Assembly (NCBI GenBank): GCA_965214835.1
Contig: CBDCCK010000002.1
Span: 1,344,001 to 1,408,000 of the forward strand
Source of the DNA: Nitrosopumilaceae archaeon
Lineage (GTDB): Archaea; Thermoproteota; Nitrososphaeria; Nitrososphaerales; Nitrosopumilaceae
Direction of reading: 5' to 3'
Length of the DNA: 64,000 nucleotides
Position 1 is the stretch's first letter; the number at the start of each line of letters is the position of its first letter. Below the pieces are notes generated by a model, which worked only from the letters and a program-made list of their open reading frames with translations, searched no databases and was not told the origin of the DNA. A program made the translations under genes and the position numbers. Positions 19,841 through 29,150 of the stretch are shown here, in pieces.

Positions 19841-21396
19841 TGGAATACGCATTGCTCCAGGCAGTCTTCTTGCCTCTACTGCTGTCTCCTGTGGCCTACC
19901 TGATCGGACGCAGGGCGGGCCCCGGCCCTGCAATGTGGTTCTCGTTTGCAGTCCTGCTTTACTGCACCGTAATCATCATAGTTCCGGCACTTGACGGAAC
20001 CTACGAGGAGCACTATCCGTGGACGTCGATGTTTGGCGAGTTTGGCCTCCTGCTTGACGGCCTTGCGTCCCCGTTTGCAATCATGATTTACGTCCTGTCT
20101 ACGATACTGGCGCTCTATTCCAGGCCGTACATGATCCACAAGTTCAGGGATCAGTACGAGCAGATGCAGCACGAGCTGGCCGCGTCTGCCGGCCAAGCTA
20201 CTGCCGCAATTGATCAGGCCGACATGGACAGGTACGTCAGCGCAAAGTCCGGCACGTACTTTGCACTGTACCTTGTCTTTGCAATGGGAATGCTGGGAAC
20301 CGTCCTTGCAACCAACCTGATCCAGTTCTACATCTTCTTTGAGGTGATGCTGATTCCCGGCTTTTTCCTGATCGCATTCTGGGGCGACGGTCCTAGGAGA
20401 AGGATAGCACTGATGTTCCTGTTCTGGACCCACGTCGGCGCAGTCGTCCTGCTGCTCGGCTTTCTGATGATAGGCCTCAGCATAGGAAGCTTTGACTTTG
20501 CCGACATCTCCGAGTCGGCGATTCCACAGGACGTCCTGCTGGTGTCCGCAGTTGCCATAGCCATAGGACTCGGCGTAAAGCTTGCGGCGTTTATGTTCCA
20601 CATCTGGCTGCCATACGTCCACGGTGCGGCGCCGACGCCGATAAGCGCGCTCTTGTCCCCTGCCATGATCGGAATCGGGGCATATGGCATCTTTAGGCTG
20701 ATAGTCGAGTTCCTGCCGACCGCGTATGCGGACCTCTCAATCTGGTTCCACGTCTGGGGCCTGGTGACCATGCTGTACGGCGGCGCCATGGCGCTCATGC
20801 AAGACGACATCAAGCGCCTGCTTGCATACTCGAGCATCAGCCAGATGGGATACCTCCTGTTTGGAATCGGCACCTACTCGTCAATGGGACTGGCCGGCGC
20901 CGAGATGATGTACGTCACGCACGCACTTGGAAAGGGTATCCTCTTTATGACTGCCGGAATCCTGATAGTCAGGGTCGGCACGCGCTCGATCTCCAGACTA
21001 GGCGGGCTTGCAGGAAGGATGCCGATAACTGCAGTCTGTGCGGTAATTGGCGCACTGACCATAATGGGCGTCCCGCCGACCAGCGGATTCATGGGGGAGT
21101 GGATCCTGTTTTACGGCGCGCTGGAGACTGCAATCGAGGAGGGCTCGACCCTCAGGATGGTTACATTCGGACTCGGACTGGTCGCGACGGCCCTTACAAT
21201 GTCCTACATGCTGTGGATGTTAAAGCGCGTGTTCTTTGGAAAGACTCCCAGCAATCTGACCGGCGTCAGGGAGGCGCCCTGGTACATGACTGCCCCGATG
21301 ATGGTCCTTGCGGGATTTACAATAGTGCTGGGAATCCATCCGGATATCTTCCTGGAGCAGATAATGCCATACATGAACGGGGTGCTGGGGGCCTAG
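19840..21396 (+). CDS. nuoM: NADH-quinone oxidoreductase subunit M
   Basis: FYIFFE, HIWLPYVH.AAP, DIKRLLAYSSISQMG. Confidence 0.92.
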   Translation: MEYALLQAVFLPLLLSPVAYLIGRRAGPGPAMWFSFAVLLYCTVIIIVPALDGTYEEHYPWTSMFGEFGLLLDGLASPFAIMIYVLSTILALYSRPYMIHKFRDQYEQMQHELAASAGQATAAIDQADMDRYVSAKSGTYFALYLVFAMGMLGTVLATNLIQFYIFFEVMLIPGFFLIAFWGDGPRRRIALMFLFWTHVGAVVLLLGFLMIGLSIGSFDFADISESAIPQDVLLVSAVAIAIGLGVKLAAFMFHIWLPYVHGAAPTPISALLSPAMIGIGAYGIFRLIVEFLPTAYADLSIWFHVWGLVTMLYGGAMALMQDDIKRLLAYSSISQMGYLLFGIGTYSSMGLAGAEMMYVTHALGKGILFMTAGILIVRVGTRSISRLGGLAGRMPITAVCAVIGALTIMGVPPTSGFMGEWILFYGALETAIEEGSTLRMVTFGLGLVATALTMSYMLWMLKRVFFGKTPSNLTGVREAPWYMTAPMMVLAGFTIVLGIHPDIFLEQIMPYMNGVLGA

Positions 21397-21399
21397 ATC

Positions 21400-23478
21400 A
21401 TGGCAGCAGAGACTGTGGCACTGCCCTTTGAGGTGACGGCAAGCGCGGCCTGGGCCGTATGGATCCTTCCGTTTGTCGCGGCGCTAATCATGCCGGCAGT
21501 CGGACGGTTTGCCCGGGCCGGAACCGGATACGTCGCAGTGGCATTTGCACTGATGAGCGCCCTGTCTGCGGCCTCGATGCTTCCGGCCGCACTGTCTGGC
21601 GGCGAGCTGCACGATCAGATTCCGTGGATCAACGCGATTGGCCTTGAGGCAGGCGTCCTGGCAGACCCGCTGGCCGTAATCATGGCAAACGTCGTGGGCT
21701 GGATCTCGTTCCTGATCATGATTTACGGCACCGGCTACATGAAGGGCGACCGGGACATCATGCGGTTCTGGTTCTGGATGATGTTCTTCATTGGCTCCAT
21801 GCAGCTTATCGTGCTTTCGGACAACCTGCTCCAGGTCTTCTTCGGATGGGAGGGCGTGGGGCTTGCGTCGTACATGCTGATCAGCTTTTGGTATCGCGAC
21901 AAAAAGAAGGACTATGTCGGTACCGAGGGCCATACCGCGCTGGGCCTGGCAGCATACTACTCACCGACGCATGCCGGCATGAAGGCGTTCATCATGACCA
22001 AGGTCGGCGACGTGATGATGCTGGCAGGAATGTTCCTGATATTTGCGTATGCCGGGACGTTTGGGTTCAGGGAGCTTGCCGCCGATACTGCCTGGGCAGT
22101 CTCGATGCAGGCAGAAGGGTTCCTTGTACCTGCCGCCGTCCTGCTCTTTGGCGGCGCGATAGGCAAGTCCGCGCAGTTCCCGCTAAACGAGTGGCTGCTA
22201 GAGGCGATGACGGGCCCGACGGCAGTCTCTGCACTCATTCACGCAGCAACGATGGTCAAGGCAGGCGTCTTCCTGGTTGCAAGGATCGGCCCGCTCTTCT
22301 TTGCGCTGGCCGCCGCCGGAATCATGATGGACCAGTTCTTTGAGATCGTCGCCTGGGTTGGAGCCATTACCGCGCTGCTGCTTGCCACCCAGGGCATGGT
22401 CAATCCCGAGATCAAAAAGGTCCTGGCATACTCTACCGGCTCGCAAATCGGCTACATGATGATGGCGCTAGGCGTCGCAGGGCTGTCCCACCAGTACGTC
22501 GACGGCTATACCGCGGGATTCTTCCACCTGATCTCACACGCGATGTTCAAGGCGTCGCTGTTCATGGCAGCAGGCTCGCTGCTGCACGTGGTCGGCTCCC
22601 GGTTCATGACCGACATGGGGGGGCTGCGCAAGCACATGAAAAAGACCTATGCGTTCATGTGGGCTGCAGGCCTTGCCCTGATGGGCGCCCCGTTTATAAC
22701 AACGGGCTTTTGGAGCAAGGATGCAATCTTTGCCGCAGTATATACGTCCGGAAGCGAGTGGGCCCTGCCCCTTTATGCAATCGCCGTACTGACTGCAGTC
22801 ATTACGGCATTTTACACCACTAGGATGATTGGAATGGTCTTCTTTGGCAAGCCCAGCAGGCACATTGAGAGGATGGAGTCAGAGGGGCGCCACATCCATG
22901 AGGCGCCGCTGTCGATGTGGGTGCCGTATGGAATCCTGGCGGCGCTTACAATAGGCATCGGACTGATCGGGCTAGGGTTTGAGCAGGAACTGCACCACCT
23001 GTTTGACGTATACCTTGATGATACGTTCCATATCCACTCCGAGCACCATCCACCCGGGGACTCGATTCTGCCGGGATTCCTGTCGGGCCTCAATCCCGTG
23101 GCCCTAGGCTCCTCGCTTGCCGCGTTTGCCGCCGGGATCGGGCTTGGGTACGTCTTTTATATCGGCAGGCTCGCAGATCCGGCCAGGTTTGTAAACTCTA
23201 ACATATTCTTCTATGCACTGCACAAGCTGATGCTAAACAGATGGTATCTTAACGCCATGGTATACTGGGGATTCGTCGTAGCGCCGCTGTGGCTTGCAAG
23301 GGGCCTGTACAGGTACTTTGAGAGGACCGCCATTGATGCCGGCATGAACCTTGGACTCCAGAGGGCTACCGGCTGGGGCGCAAAGGTCGTGCAGGGAACC
23401 CAGACCGGAGTCGCACAATCTTATCTATTCGTATTTGGAGCAGGACTGCTGTTCGTCGTCCTGATATTGATGATTTAG
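21400..23478 (+). CDS. nuoL: NADH-quinone oxidoreductase subunit L
   Basis: GWEGVG, GKSAQFPL, AMTGPT.VSALIHAATMVKAG, HAMFKA. Confidence 0.95.
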   Translation: MAAETVALPFEVTASAAWAVWILPFVAALIMPAVGRFARAGTGYVAVAFALMSALSAASMLPAALSGGELHDQIPWINAIGLEAGVLADPLAVIMANVVGWISFLIMIYGTGYMKGDRDIMRFWFWMMFFIGSMQLIVLSDNLLQVFFGWEGVGLASYMLISFWYRDKKKDYVGTEGHTALGLAAYYSPTHAGMKAFIMTKVGDVMMLAGMFLIFAYAGTFGFRELAADTAWAVSMQAEGFLVPAAVLLFGGAIGKSAQFPLNEWLLEAMTGPTAVSALIHAATMVKAGVFLVARIGPLFFALAAAGIMMDQFFEIVAWVGAITALLLATQGMVNPEIKKVLAYSTGSQIGYMMMALGVAGLSHQYVDGYTAGFFHLISHAMFKASLFMAAGSLLHVVGSRFMTDMGGLRKHMKKTYAFMWAAGLALMGAPFITTGFWSKDAIFAAVYTSGSEWALPLYAIAVLTAVITAFYTTRMIGMVFFGKPSRHIERMESEGRHIHEAPLSMWVPYGILAALTIGIGLIGLGFEQELHHLFDVYLDDTFHIHSEHHPPGDSILPGFLSGLNPVALGSSLAAFAAGIGLGYVFYIGRLADPARFVNSNIFFYALHKLMLNRWYLNAMVYWGFVVAPLWLARGLYRYFERTAIDAGMNLGLQRATGWGAKVVQGTQTGVAQSYLFVFGAGLLFVVLILMI

Positions 23479-23490
23479 GGGTGCCATGGG

Positions 23491-24972
23491 ATGATAGGGA
23501 TTGACTCAACTCCGATGATTATAGTGGCGATTCTCGGCGCCGTAGGCGTAATCCTGCCCCTGATCAGCATCGCAAGGGGGGAGCGGGGCTCCAACTCGCT
23601 TTATGCCGCAATCGCGTTTGGCGCCCTCATTGCGTCTGTTGCGTTTGTCGGGTACCAGATCATCAGCAACAACGTGGCGCCTGCGGCGCTGTTCTCCGAG
23701 GATGTCATCTCTGATGACATGTTCGGCGGCTTTTTTGCAATCGCAATGCTGATAGTTGCCATCATGACGACCGTCGGCTCCTTTAACTACATGCGCAGGC
23801 ACAGGCATCATGCCGTCTACTATTCGCTGATCCTGCTTTCGGCCATCGGCATGGTCCTGGTCGCCTACTCGACGGATCTGGTTATGCTCTTTGTGGCCTG
23901 GGAGCTGATGAGCATTCCGACATATGTCCTGGCCGGGTTTGCCAAAAAGGATCCGCGCTCCAACGAGGGGGCACTAAAGTACTTTTTGTTTGGGGCCCTG
24001 TCGTCTGCAATCATAGTGTACGGGATATCGCTGGCATACGGAATTACGGGCTCTACCAACATAGCCGATGTCGTCGCAGGCTATGCGGCCGTCGATGCCA
24101 GCATGCTGCCGCTTGCACTGCTTTCGGTCGGGCTGTTCATTGCCGGATTCGGCTTTAAGATGGGCCTGGTCCCGTTCCACATGTGGCTTCCAGACACGTA
24201 CGAGGGGGCGCCGCCGCCCATCACGGCACTGCTTGCGGCAGGCACGAAAAAGGCAGGGTTTGCAGCAGCAATACGGGTTGTGATCCTTGGAACGGCGGCG
24301 CTGCAGGTTGACTGGGCCCTTGCACTGGGAATCATCGCCGTTATGACGATGACGATTGGCAACGTGGCCGCAATCATGCAAAAGAACCTCACGCGAATGC
24401 TGGCCTATTCCAGCATAGGCCATGCGGGCTATCTCCTAATCGGCCTTGCAGTGGCCCCCTTCTCGCCGACCGGCCTTCACGGCTCCCTCCTGCACGTGAT
24501 GAATCACGCCGTCATGAAGGGCGCGGCCTTTATCGCAGTCGGGGGAATCGTGGCGGCCCTGGCAGTCACCCACCTTGACAAGCTCAGGGGACTCGGCAGA
24601 AGGATGCCGATCACCTCGCTCGGCCTGCTGATCTCGCTGTTTGCACTTGCAGGCGTGCCCCCCCTCAACGGGTTCTGGAGCAAGCTCATACTGTTCGGCG
24701 CGGCGCTAGATGCCAGTACCGCGGCGCCATGGACGGCGTGGCTTGCAGTCGCAGGCGTGCTCAACAGCGCGCTGTCCCTGGCATACTATGGCTGGATTAT
24801 GAGAAAGATGTACTTTGAGGGCGAGCGCGAAAAGCGCGTATCTGAGCCCCGGTCCGTCATTGCCGTAATGATCTTCTCGATAATCTTCATGGTGGGATTC
24901 GGCGTATATCCGGAACCGCTGATCCAGTTTGCAGAGATGGCCACCCCCTCGCTGCAGGGCCTCATGCCTTAA
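23491..24972 (+). CDS. nuoN: NADH-quinone oxidoreductase subunit N
   Basis: EGALKYF, FKMGLVPFHMWLPDTYEGAP, RMLAYSSI. Confidence 0.95.
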   Translation: MIGIDSTPMIIVAILGAVGVILPLISIARGERGSNSLYAAIAFGALIASVAFVGYQIISNNVAPAALFSEDVISDDMFGGFFAIAMLIVAIMTTVGSFNYMRRHRHHAVYYSLILLSAIGMVLVAYSTDLVMLFVAWELMSIPTYVLAGFAKKDPRSNEGALKYFLFGALSSAIIVYGISLAYGITGSTNIADVVAGYAAVDASMLPLALLSVGLFIAGFGFKMGLVPFHMWLPDTYEGAPPPITALLAAGTKKAGFAAAIRVVILGTAALQVDWALALGIIAVMTMTIGNVAAIMQKNLTRMLAYSSIGHAGYLLIGLAVAPFSPTGLHGSLLHVMNHAVMKGAAFIAVGGIVAALAVTHLDKLRGLGRRMPITSLGLLISLFALAGVPPLNGFWSKLILFGAALDASTAAPWTAWLAVAGVLNSALSLAYYGWIMRKMYFEGEREKRVSEPRSVIAVMIFSIIFMVGFGVYPEPLIQFAEMATPSLQGLMP

Positions 24973-25813
24973 ACGAGGTAAACTTTATCAGGTTTTCCAG
25001 GTTTATCTTTGCGCCGCTGTCCGGGATTCTTCTCAGTCCGGAGCGCGCCTTTTCGGAGTATTCCTTGAGCAGATCCTCCATCTTGTTGAAGACATCCCTA
25101 GGATCCGCGCTCTTTTTGATTAGCAGGTTGAACAGCTTGTCCTCGTTCTTCCAGTCCAGCAGGTCGTCCCTTATCTGATATGCGATTCCGACGTTTCTTC
25201 CATATCCGGTCAGCGCCTCGATCTGCTCCTCTGCCGCGTCTGCAATGATCGCGCCGGTCCTGGCTGCAACCTCAAATGCCGTCGCAGTCTTGTACTCTAT
25301 GACCCTTAGATAGTCATCAAAGGTAACGTCCTCGCTTGCCTCCAGTCTTGCCTCGATCATCTCGCCCTCGCTCATCAGCATTGCAGTCGTGGCCAGATCC
25401 TTTGTAATCCTTGCATTGTCAAGCCTTGCAGAGATGCCCAGAATCAGCCCCAGGACAAAATCCCCGGTCAGAATGCTCGTGTTGTAGCCGTACTTTATGT
25501 GGAATGGATCCTTTTGCCTTCTAAGGGTCTCCTCGTCAATGATGTCGTCATGAATTATGGACTCCATGTGCAGAAACTCGACTGCACATGCAGCAGAGTA
25601 TACGTTGTCATCCGTCCTTCCCACGCTCTCTGCTGCCAGCACCGAGATTACCGGCCTGATCCGCTTTCCGCCCTCTAGCGAGTACTTTAGGGGCTCGATG
25701 AACTCAGACTCTGAATACAGATCCAGCTCCCTGCCTAGCGCAGTGTTGATTTTGTCAATATACCTTCCATAAGTTTCCAACAGTGGGTTAATCTCGATGT
25801 TTTTCCTGTCCAA
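24962..25813 (-). CDS. polyprenyl diphosphate synthase
   Basis: GGKRIRP, HDDIID, YKTA, QIRDD. Confidence 0.92.
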   Translation of the reverse strand: MDRKNIEINPLLETYGRYIDKINTALGRELDLYSESEFIEPLKYSLEGGKRIRPVISVLAAESVGRTDDNVYSAACAVEFLHMESIIHDDIIDEETLRRQKDPFHIKYGYNTSILTGDFVLGLILGISARLDNARITKDLATTAMLMSEGEMIEARLEASEDVTFDDYLRVIEYKTATAFEVAARTGAIIADAAEEQIEALTGYGRNVGIAYQIRDDLLDWKNEDKLFNLLIKKSADPRDVFNKMEDLLKEYSEKARSGLRRIPDSGAKINLENLIKFTSFKA

Positions 25814-25865
25814 GACTGCCTGATCAAAAAACTCTGTTATTGGTAATTAAATCTTGGCGATCCCG

Positions 25866-25956
25866 CCAGGAGCTTGCCCCCTAGACTGCACTGCAGACCG
25901 GGACACTGATCACCGTGTCCCCCCATGCCGTATCTTCTGTAGGGGTAATCTCTTAC
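25866..25956. mobile_element. degenerate 91-bp MITE (GTAAGAG family)
   Basis: Aligns by eye with 28325-28415 and 60636-60725; right end GGGGTAATCTCTTAC. Confidence 0.7.
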
Positions 25957-26245
25957 CACGCTAATGCTGGCAGATCCGTATGGTGACCCAAATGCGTTTG
26001 TTTCAGGCACAAGGCACGCGCGTGAGTTGATGCAGGATGGCCTGTCTCGTATTATGGGCGGCCTCTTGGCAGCTATGGAAGCCAAAGTCGTCTGGGATAT
26101 CAAGCTGGGAATAAAACCTTCAAAGAGGTTTTGGTCTTTTTTCTTGGAGTGCCTGACCTGCTCGTTAGATCCGAGGCGGGTTGCCATGCCTTGCATTCCA
26201 AAGGTTCCAAAAGATTTTATGGTTAAAACGAATCGTTCAAGCAGC

Positions 26246-26320
26246 GCTCCTGTAGTGTAGTCCGGTCAAGCATTTAGGCCTTTCACGCCTGAGACTCGGG
26301 TTCGAATCCCGACGGGAGCA
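26246..26320 (+). tRNA. tRNA-Glu(TTC)
   Basis: Acceptor GCTCCTG/CGGGAGC-A; anticodon loop CTTTCAC; GGTTCGAATCC. Confidence 0.95.
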
Positions 26321-26591
26321 CACACCAGCTTTTTCAAAAAAACCACCCTTTGATCGATATCTGCGGATTGGGAATGCCGTTGAGTTCATAGAGCGTTTTG
26401 CAGTCTGGCATCGGTTGGAAAGCCCGCAGTGGCCTTACCTTCGGTGGCAAGAGCTTGCCCCAGCCGCCCATTGGGCAAGTTCCTCATGATGCCTCTGATC
26501 CATGAGCCACCGATACCCTAGAAAATGCATGTCATCCGCACAGCCCCGCCGGGCCACAAAGATTTTTTTACCGGCCTCATGGCATAGCCGT

Positions 26592-27227
26592 ATGGACGAA
26601 CTAATACAAAGGATAGATGAAATAATCGAGGAAAAAAGCCTGTTAAAGCATCCGTTTTACGAAATGTGGTCGGCAGGTCAGCTCACACGTGACTCCCTGT
26701 CTGGCTATTCAAAGGAATACTTTCAGCTTGTAAAGGCAGTTCCCGGATTCATGGAGCCGATAATCAGGCAAGCCCCCGAATCCGTTGCCGGGGAGCTAGT
26801 TGAGAACCAGGCAGAGGAGGCCGCCCACATCTTGCCGTGGAAGGACTTTGCTGCATCCTTGGGGGTATCAGAGTCTGAGCTGGACAGCCATGCCGGCCTT
26901 GAGAAAACCAACCGGGCAGTGGACTCTCTGGGCTCCCTCATGACTACCTACGAGGGAGGCGCATGTGCAATGTATGCATTTGAAAAGGAAATCCCGAAAA
27001 TCAGCCAGACCAAGCTTGATGGCCTAGCAGAATTTTACGGGCTGAGCTCAGAGCAGGCTACTGAATACTTTAAACTTCACGCGGAGGCCGACATAAGACA
27101 CGCTGCCTCCTGGCGAAACATTCTGGAATCATCCGTAACTTCTGAGGATCAGCTAATAGAGATTGCAGACAGGTCAATTTCCGCACAGAATCTGCTGCTT
27201 GACGGCTGCCACGAGGCATACTGCTGA
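26592..27227 (+). CDS. TenA/PqqC/CADD-family (heme-oxygenase-like) protein
   Basis: LLKHPFY, EE...H, YFKLH..AD..H. Confidence 0.85.
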   Translation: MDELIQRIDEIIEEKSLLKHPFYEMWSAGQLTRDSLSGYSKEYFQLVKAVPGFMEPIIRQAPESVAGELVENQAEEAAHILPWKDFAASLGVSESELDSHAGLEKTNRAVDSLGSLMTTYEGGACAMYAFEKEIPKISQTKLDGLAEFYGLSSEQATEYFKLHAEADIRHAASWRNILESSVTSEDQLIEIADRSISAQNLLLDGCHEAYC

Positions 27228-27414
27228 CCAGTACTTGAGCATGTACGCTCTGTCACCTGCGTGGTGGCACTTTCACCCATCCATGTCTCTGCACGCATGG
27301 AATTCTGCATTCCGGGGCTGCATGAGACGGCGGCCATAGGGAATGGCAGCACATTTTCAATTTACTGCTGGCCCTCATAACATTTTATACCCAAGGCGGC
27401 AAATCATTTTTCTG

Positions 27415-27488
27415 GGGCCCGTAACTCAGCTTGGTAGAGTGACCGACTCATAATCGGTGAGCCAAGGGATCGAAGCCCTTCGGGCCCA
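27415..27488 (+). tRNA. tRNA with CAT anticodon, probably Ile2 rather than Met
   Basis: Anticodon loop CTCATAA; GGGCCCG/CGGGCCC-A acceptor resembles tRNA-Ile(GAT) and lacks the initiator A1-U72 pair. Confidence 0.9.
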
Positions 27489-27766
27489 TCTGACTCATTC
27501 TCAAATCCGAGAATGAGAAGGCAAAAAAAGATGGAAAAGCGGACAAAAAAGGAAATTTCTTCAAAAAAGGTAGCAATGCAAAAGCAAAGGGGACGAGTCC
27601 CGAAAAAACGATGACGAGTACCGACAAGACTGCAAACAAAAAGGTACAAAGTCAGAGCCGCAAAAGGAACGCCGGCCAGCTCAAAAAAAAAAGACGATAA
27701 AGAATGCACCTAGTGGAACAAGAATAGCTACACAATCCTCAAGATGCCTGTTGGAAGATGACGACG
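27481..27766 (+). pseudogene. decayed copy of the att arm and integrase 5' end seen at 29119-29454
   Basis: Colinear similarity from CGGGCCCATCTGACTC to GAAGATGACGACG, with indels. Confidence 0.88.
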
Positions 27767-27769
27767 GGC

Positions 27770-28110
27770 CGGTCTCTTCTGGGAATGTGGCGTATATGCG
27801 CCTCCACGGGATCGCGACATCGTTCATCTCCAGCAGCTTCTTGACCGGCTTGAAGTACCCGCCAAACGAGACTGGGTTGAGGTATTTGGGATGCTCAGGG
27901 GCAAGCCTGGTACGCTCAAGCAGCTTCGAGAGGCTCAGCATCAGGTCGCGCACCCATGCCGGATCCTCCCGGCCGTACTGTACAAGCTGCTCTGCGCGGC
28001 CCTCAAGGTCTCCCTGCAGTATGTCCTCAAATATACAACAGAGCACCTGATGCAGCGTGCGTGTGTACTTTTCGCGCGTCTCCTCTGTCTTGATCCCCTA
28101 GTTGAACAGG
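27770..28110 (-). pseudogene. N-terminal fragment of a second integrase type beside tRNA-Ala
   Basis: LFN*GIKTEETREKYTRTL...YFKPVKKLLEMNDVAIPWRRIYATFPE; in-frame stop and truncation. Confidence 0.65.
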
Positions 28111-28204
28111 GCCCAGCGGGACCGCCTGTTCCACCAAGTCTTCTAGTGCAAGCTTCATCCCGGTTTACATGTTCCTAGAATGCATAAAAGGTGCAATATT
28201 GTAA

Positions 28205-28278
28205 TGGACTGGACGGGATTTGAACCCATGACCCCCCGCGTGCAAGGCGGGTATACTACCAGGCTATACTACCAGCCC
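28205..28278 (-). tRNA. tRNA-Ala(TGC)
   Basis: Reverse complement GGGCTGG...CCAGTCC-A; loop CTTGCAC; G3.U70. Confidence 0.95.
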
Positions 28279-28324
28279 ACAAGGGTAGTGGACGACGTGT
28301 GGATTTTAATTGTTGTCTTTGAGA

Positions 28325-28415
28325 GTAAGAGTTTGCCCGCTAGGCTACACTGCGGGCTAGGGGCTTGATCACCTGCCATACCATGCCGTATCCTCTAGAG
28401 GGGGTAAACTCTTGC
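28325..28415. mobile_element. 91-bp MITE (GTAAGAG family)
   Basis: TIR GTAAGAGTTTGCCC/GGGTAAACTCTTGC; CTTTGAGA at 28317-24 and 28417-24. Confidence 0.8.
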
Positions 28416-28463
28416 CCTTTGAGAGGCGGTAACGATTTTATTTGAAGTGCCCAAGGGGACTTT

Positions 28464-29018
28464 ATGGTGTTACTAGAATCACAAGTCAAGTTAAAGCCGG
28501 GAGATGCGGCTCCGAGCTTTGAGCTAATGGGAACCGATGACGCAAGACATTCCCTAGACAGCTACGGGGACTATGACGGGCTGTTGATAGTCTTCATGTG
28601 CAATCACTGTCCGTATGTAAAGGCCAAAATAGAGGCCATAAAGGAGATTGACGAGAAGTTCAAGGACAGGGTTGCAGTCGTAGGCATCAACAGCAACGAC
28701 TCTACGGGCTATCCAGAGGACAGCTTTGAGGCAATGAAGGAGATTGTAAGGGAGAAGGGGCTCGGATTTGACTATCTTGTAGACGAGTCACAGGAGATTG
28801 CTAGGAAATACGGCGCCACGTGTACTCCGGATCCGTTCCTGTTTGACAAGGATCGCAGGCTGGTATTTCATGGAAGAATTGATGATGCCATGCGGCCAGA
28901 GGATACGGCCTCTGAGAAGACCATGATTCAGAACATCGAAAGACTCCTGGCCGGCGATGCCATAGAAAAAGAGTTTGATCCCTCCATCGGCTGCTCCATA
29001 AAGTGGAAGGAAAACTAG
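28464..29018 (+). CDS. thioredoxin-fold (AhpC/TSA-like) protein
   Basis: CNHCPYV, ATCTPD, GRIDD, SIGCSIKW. Confidence 0.9.
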   Translation: MVLLESQVKLKPGDAAPSFELMGTDDARHSLDSYGDYDGLLIVFMCNHCPYVKAKIEAIKEIDEKFKDRVAVVGINSNDSTGYPEDSFEAMKEIVREKGLGFDYLVDESQEIARKYGATCTPDPFLFDKDRRLVFHGRIDDAMRPEDTASEKTMIQNIERLLAGDAIEKEFDPSIGCSIKWKEN

Positions 29019-29051
29019 ACTTAAATGACTGCGGACTAGTATCAGTCCTGT

Positions 29052-29126
29052 GGGCTCGTAGCTCAGCTTGGCTGGAGCGTTCGACTGATAATCGAAAGGT
29101 CATGAGTTCGAATCTCATCGGGCCCA
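29052..29126 (+). tRNA. tRNA-Ile(GAT), probable island integration site
   Basis: Loop CTGATAA; GAGTTCGAATCTC T-arm; integrase starts 25 nt downstream. Confidence 0.95.
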
Positions 29127-29150
29127 TCTGACTCGTTCTCAAATCTGAGA

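Noticed and set aside
27229-27367. Possible CAGTA...TACTG MITE with CTGAC/CTGGC flanks
   Set aside because: Short imperfect TIR, mismatched duplication and no second copy seen.
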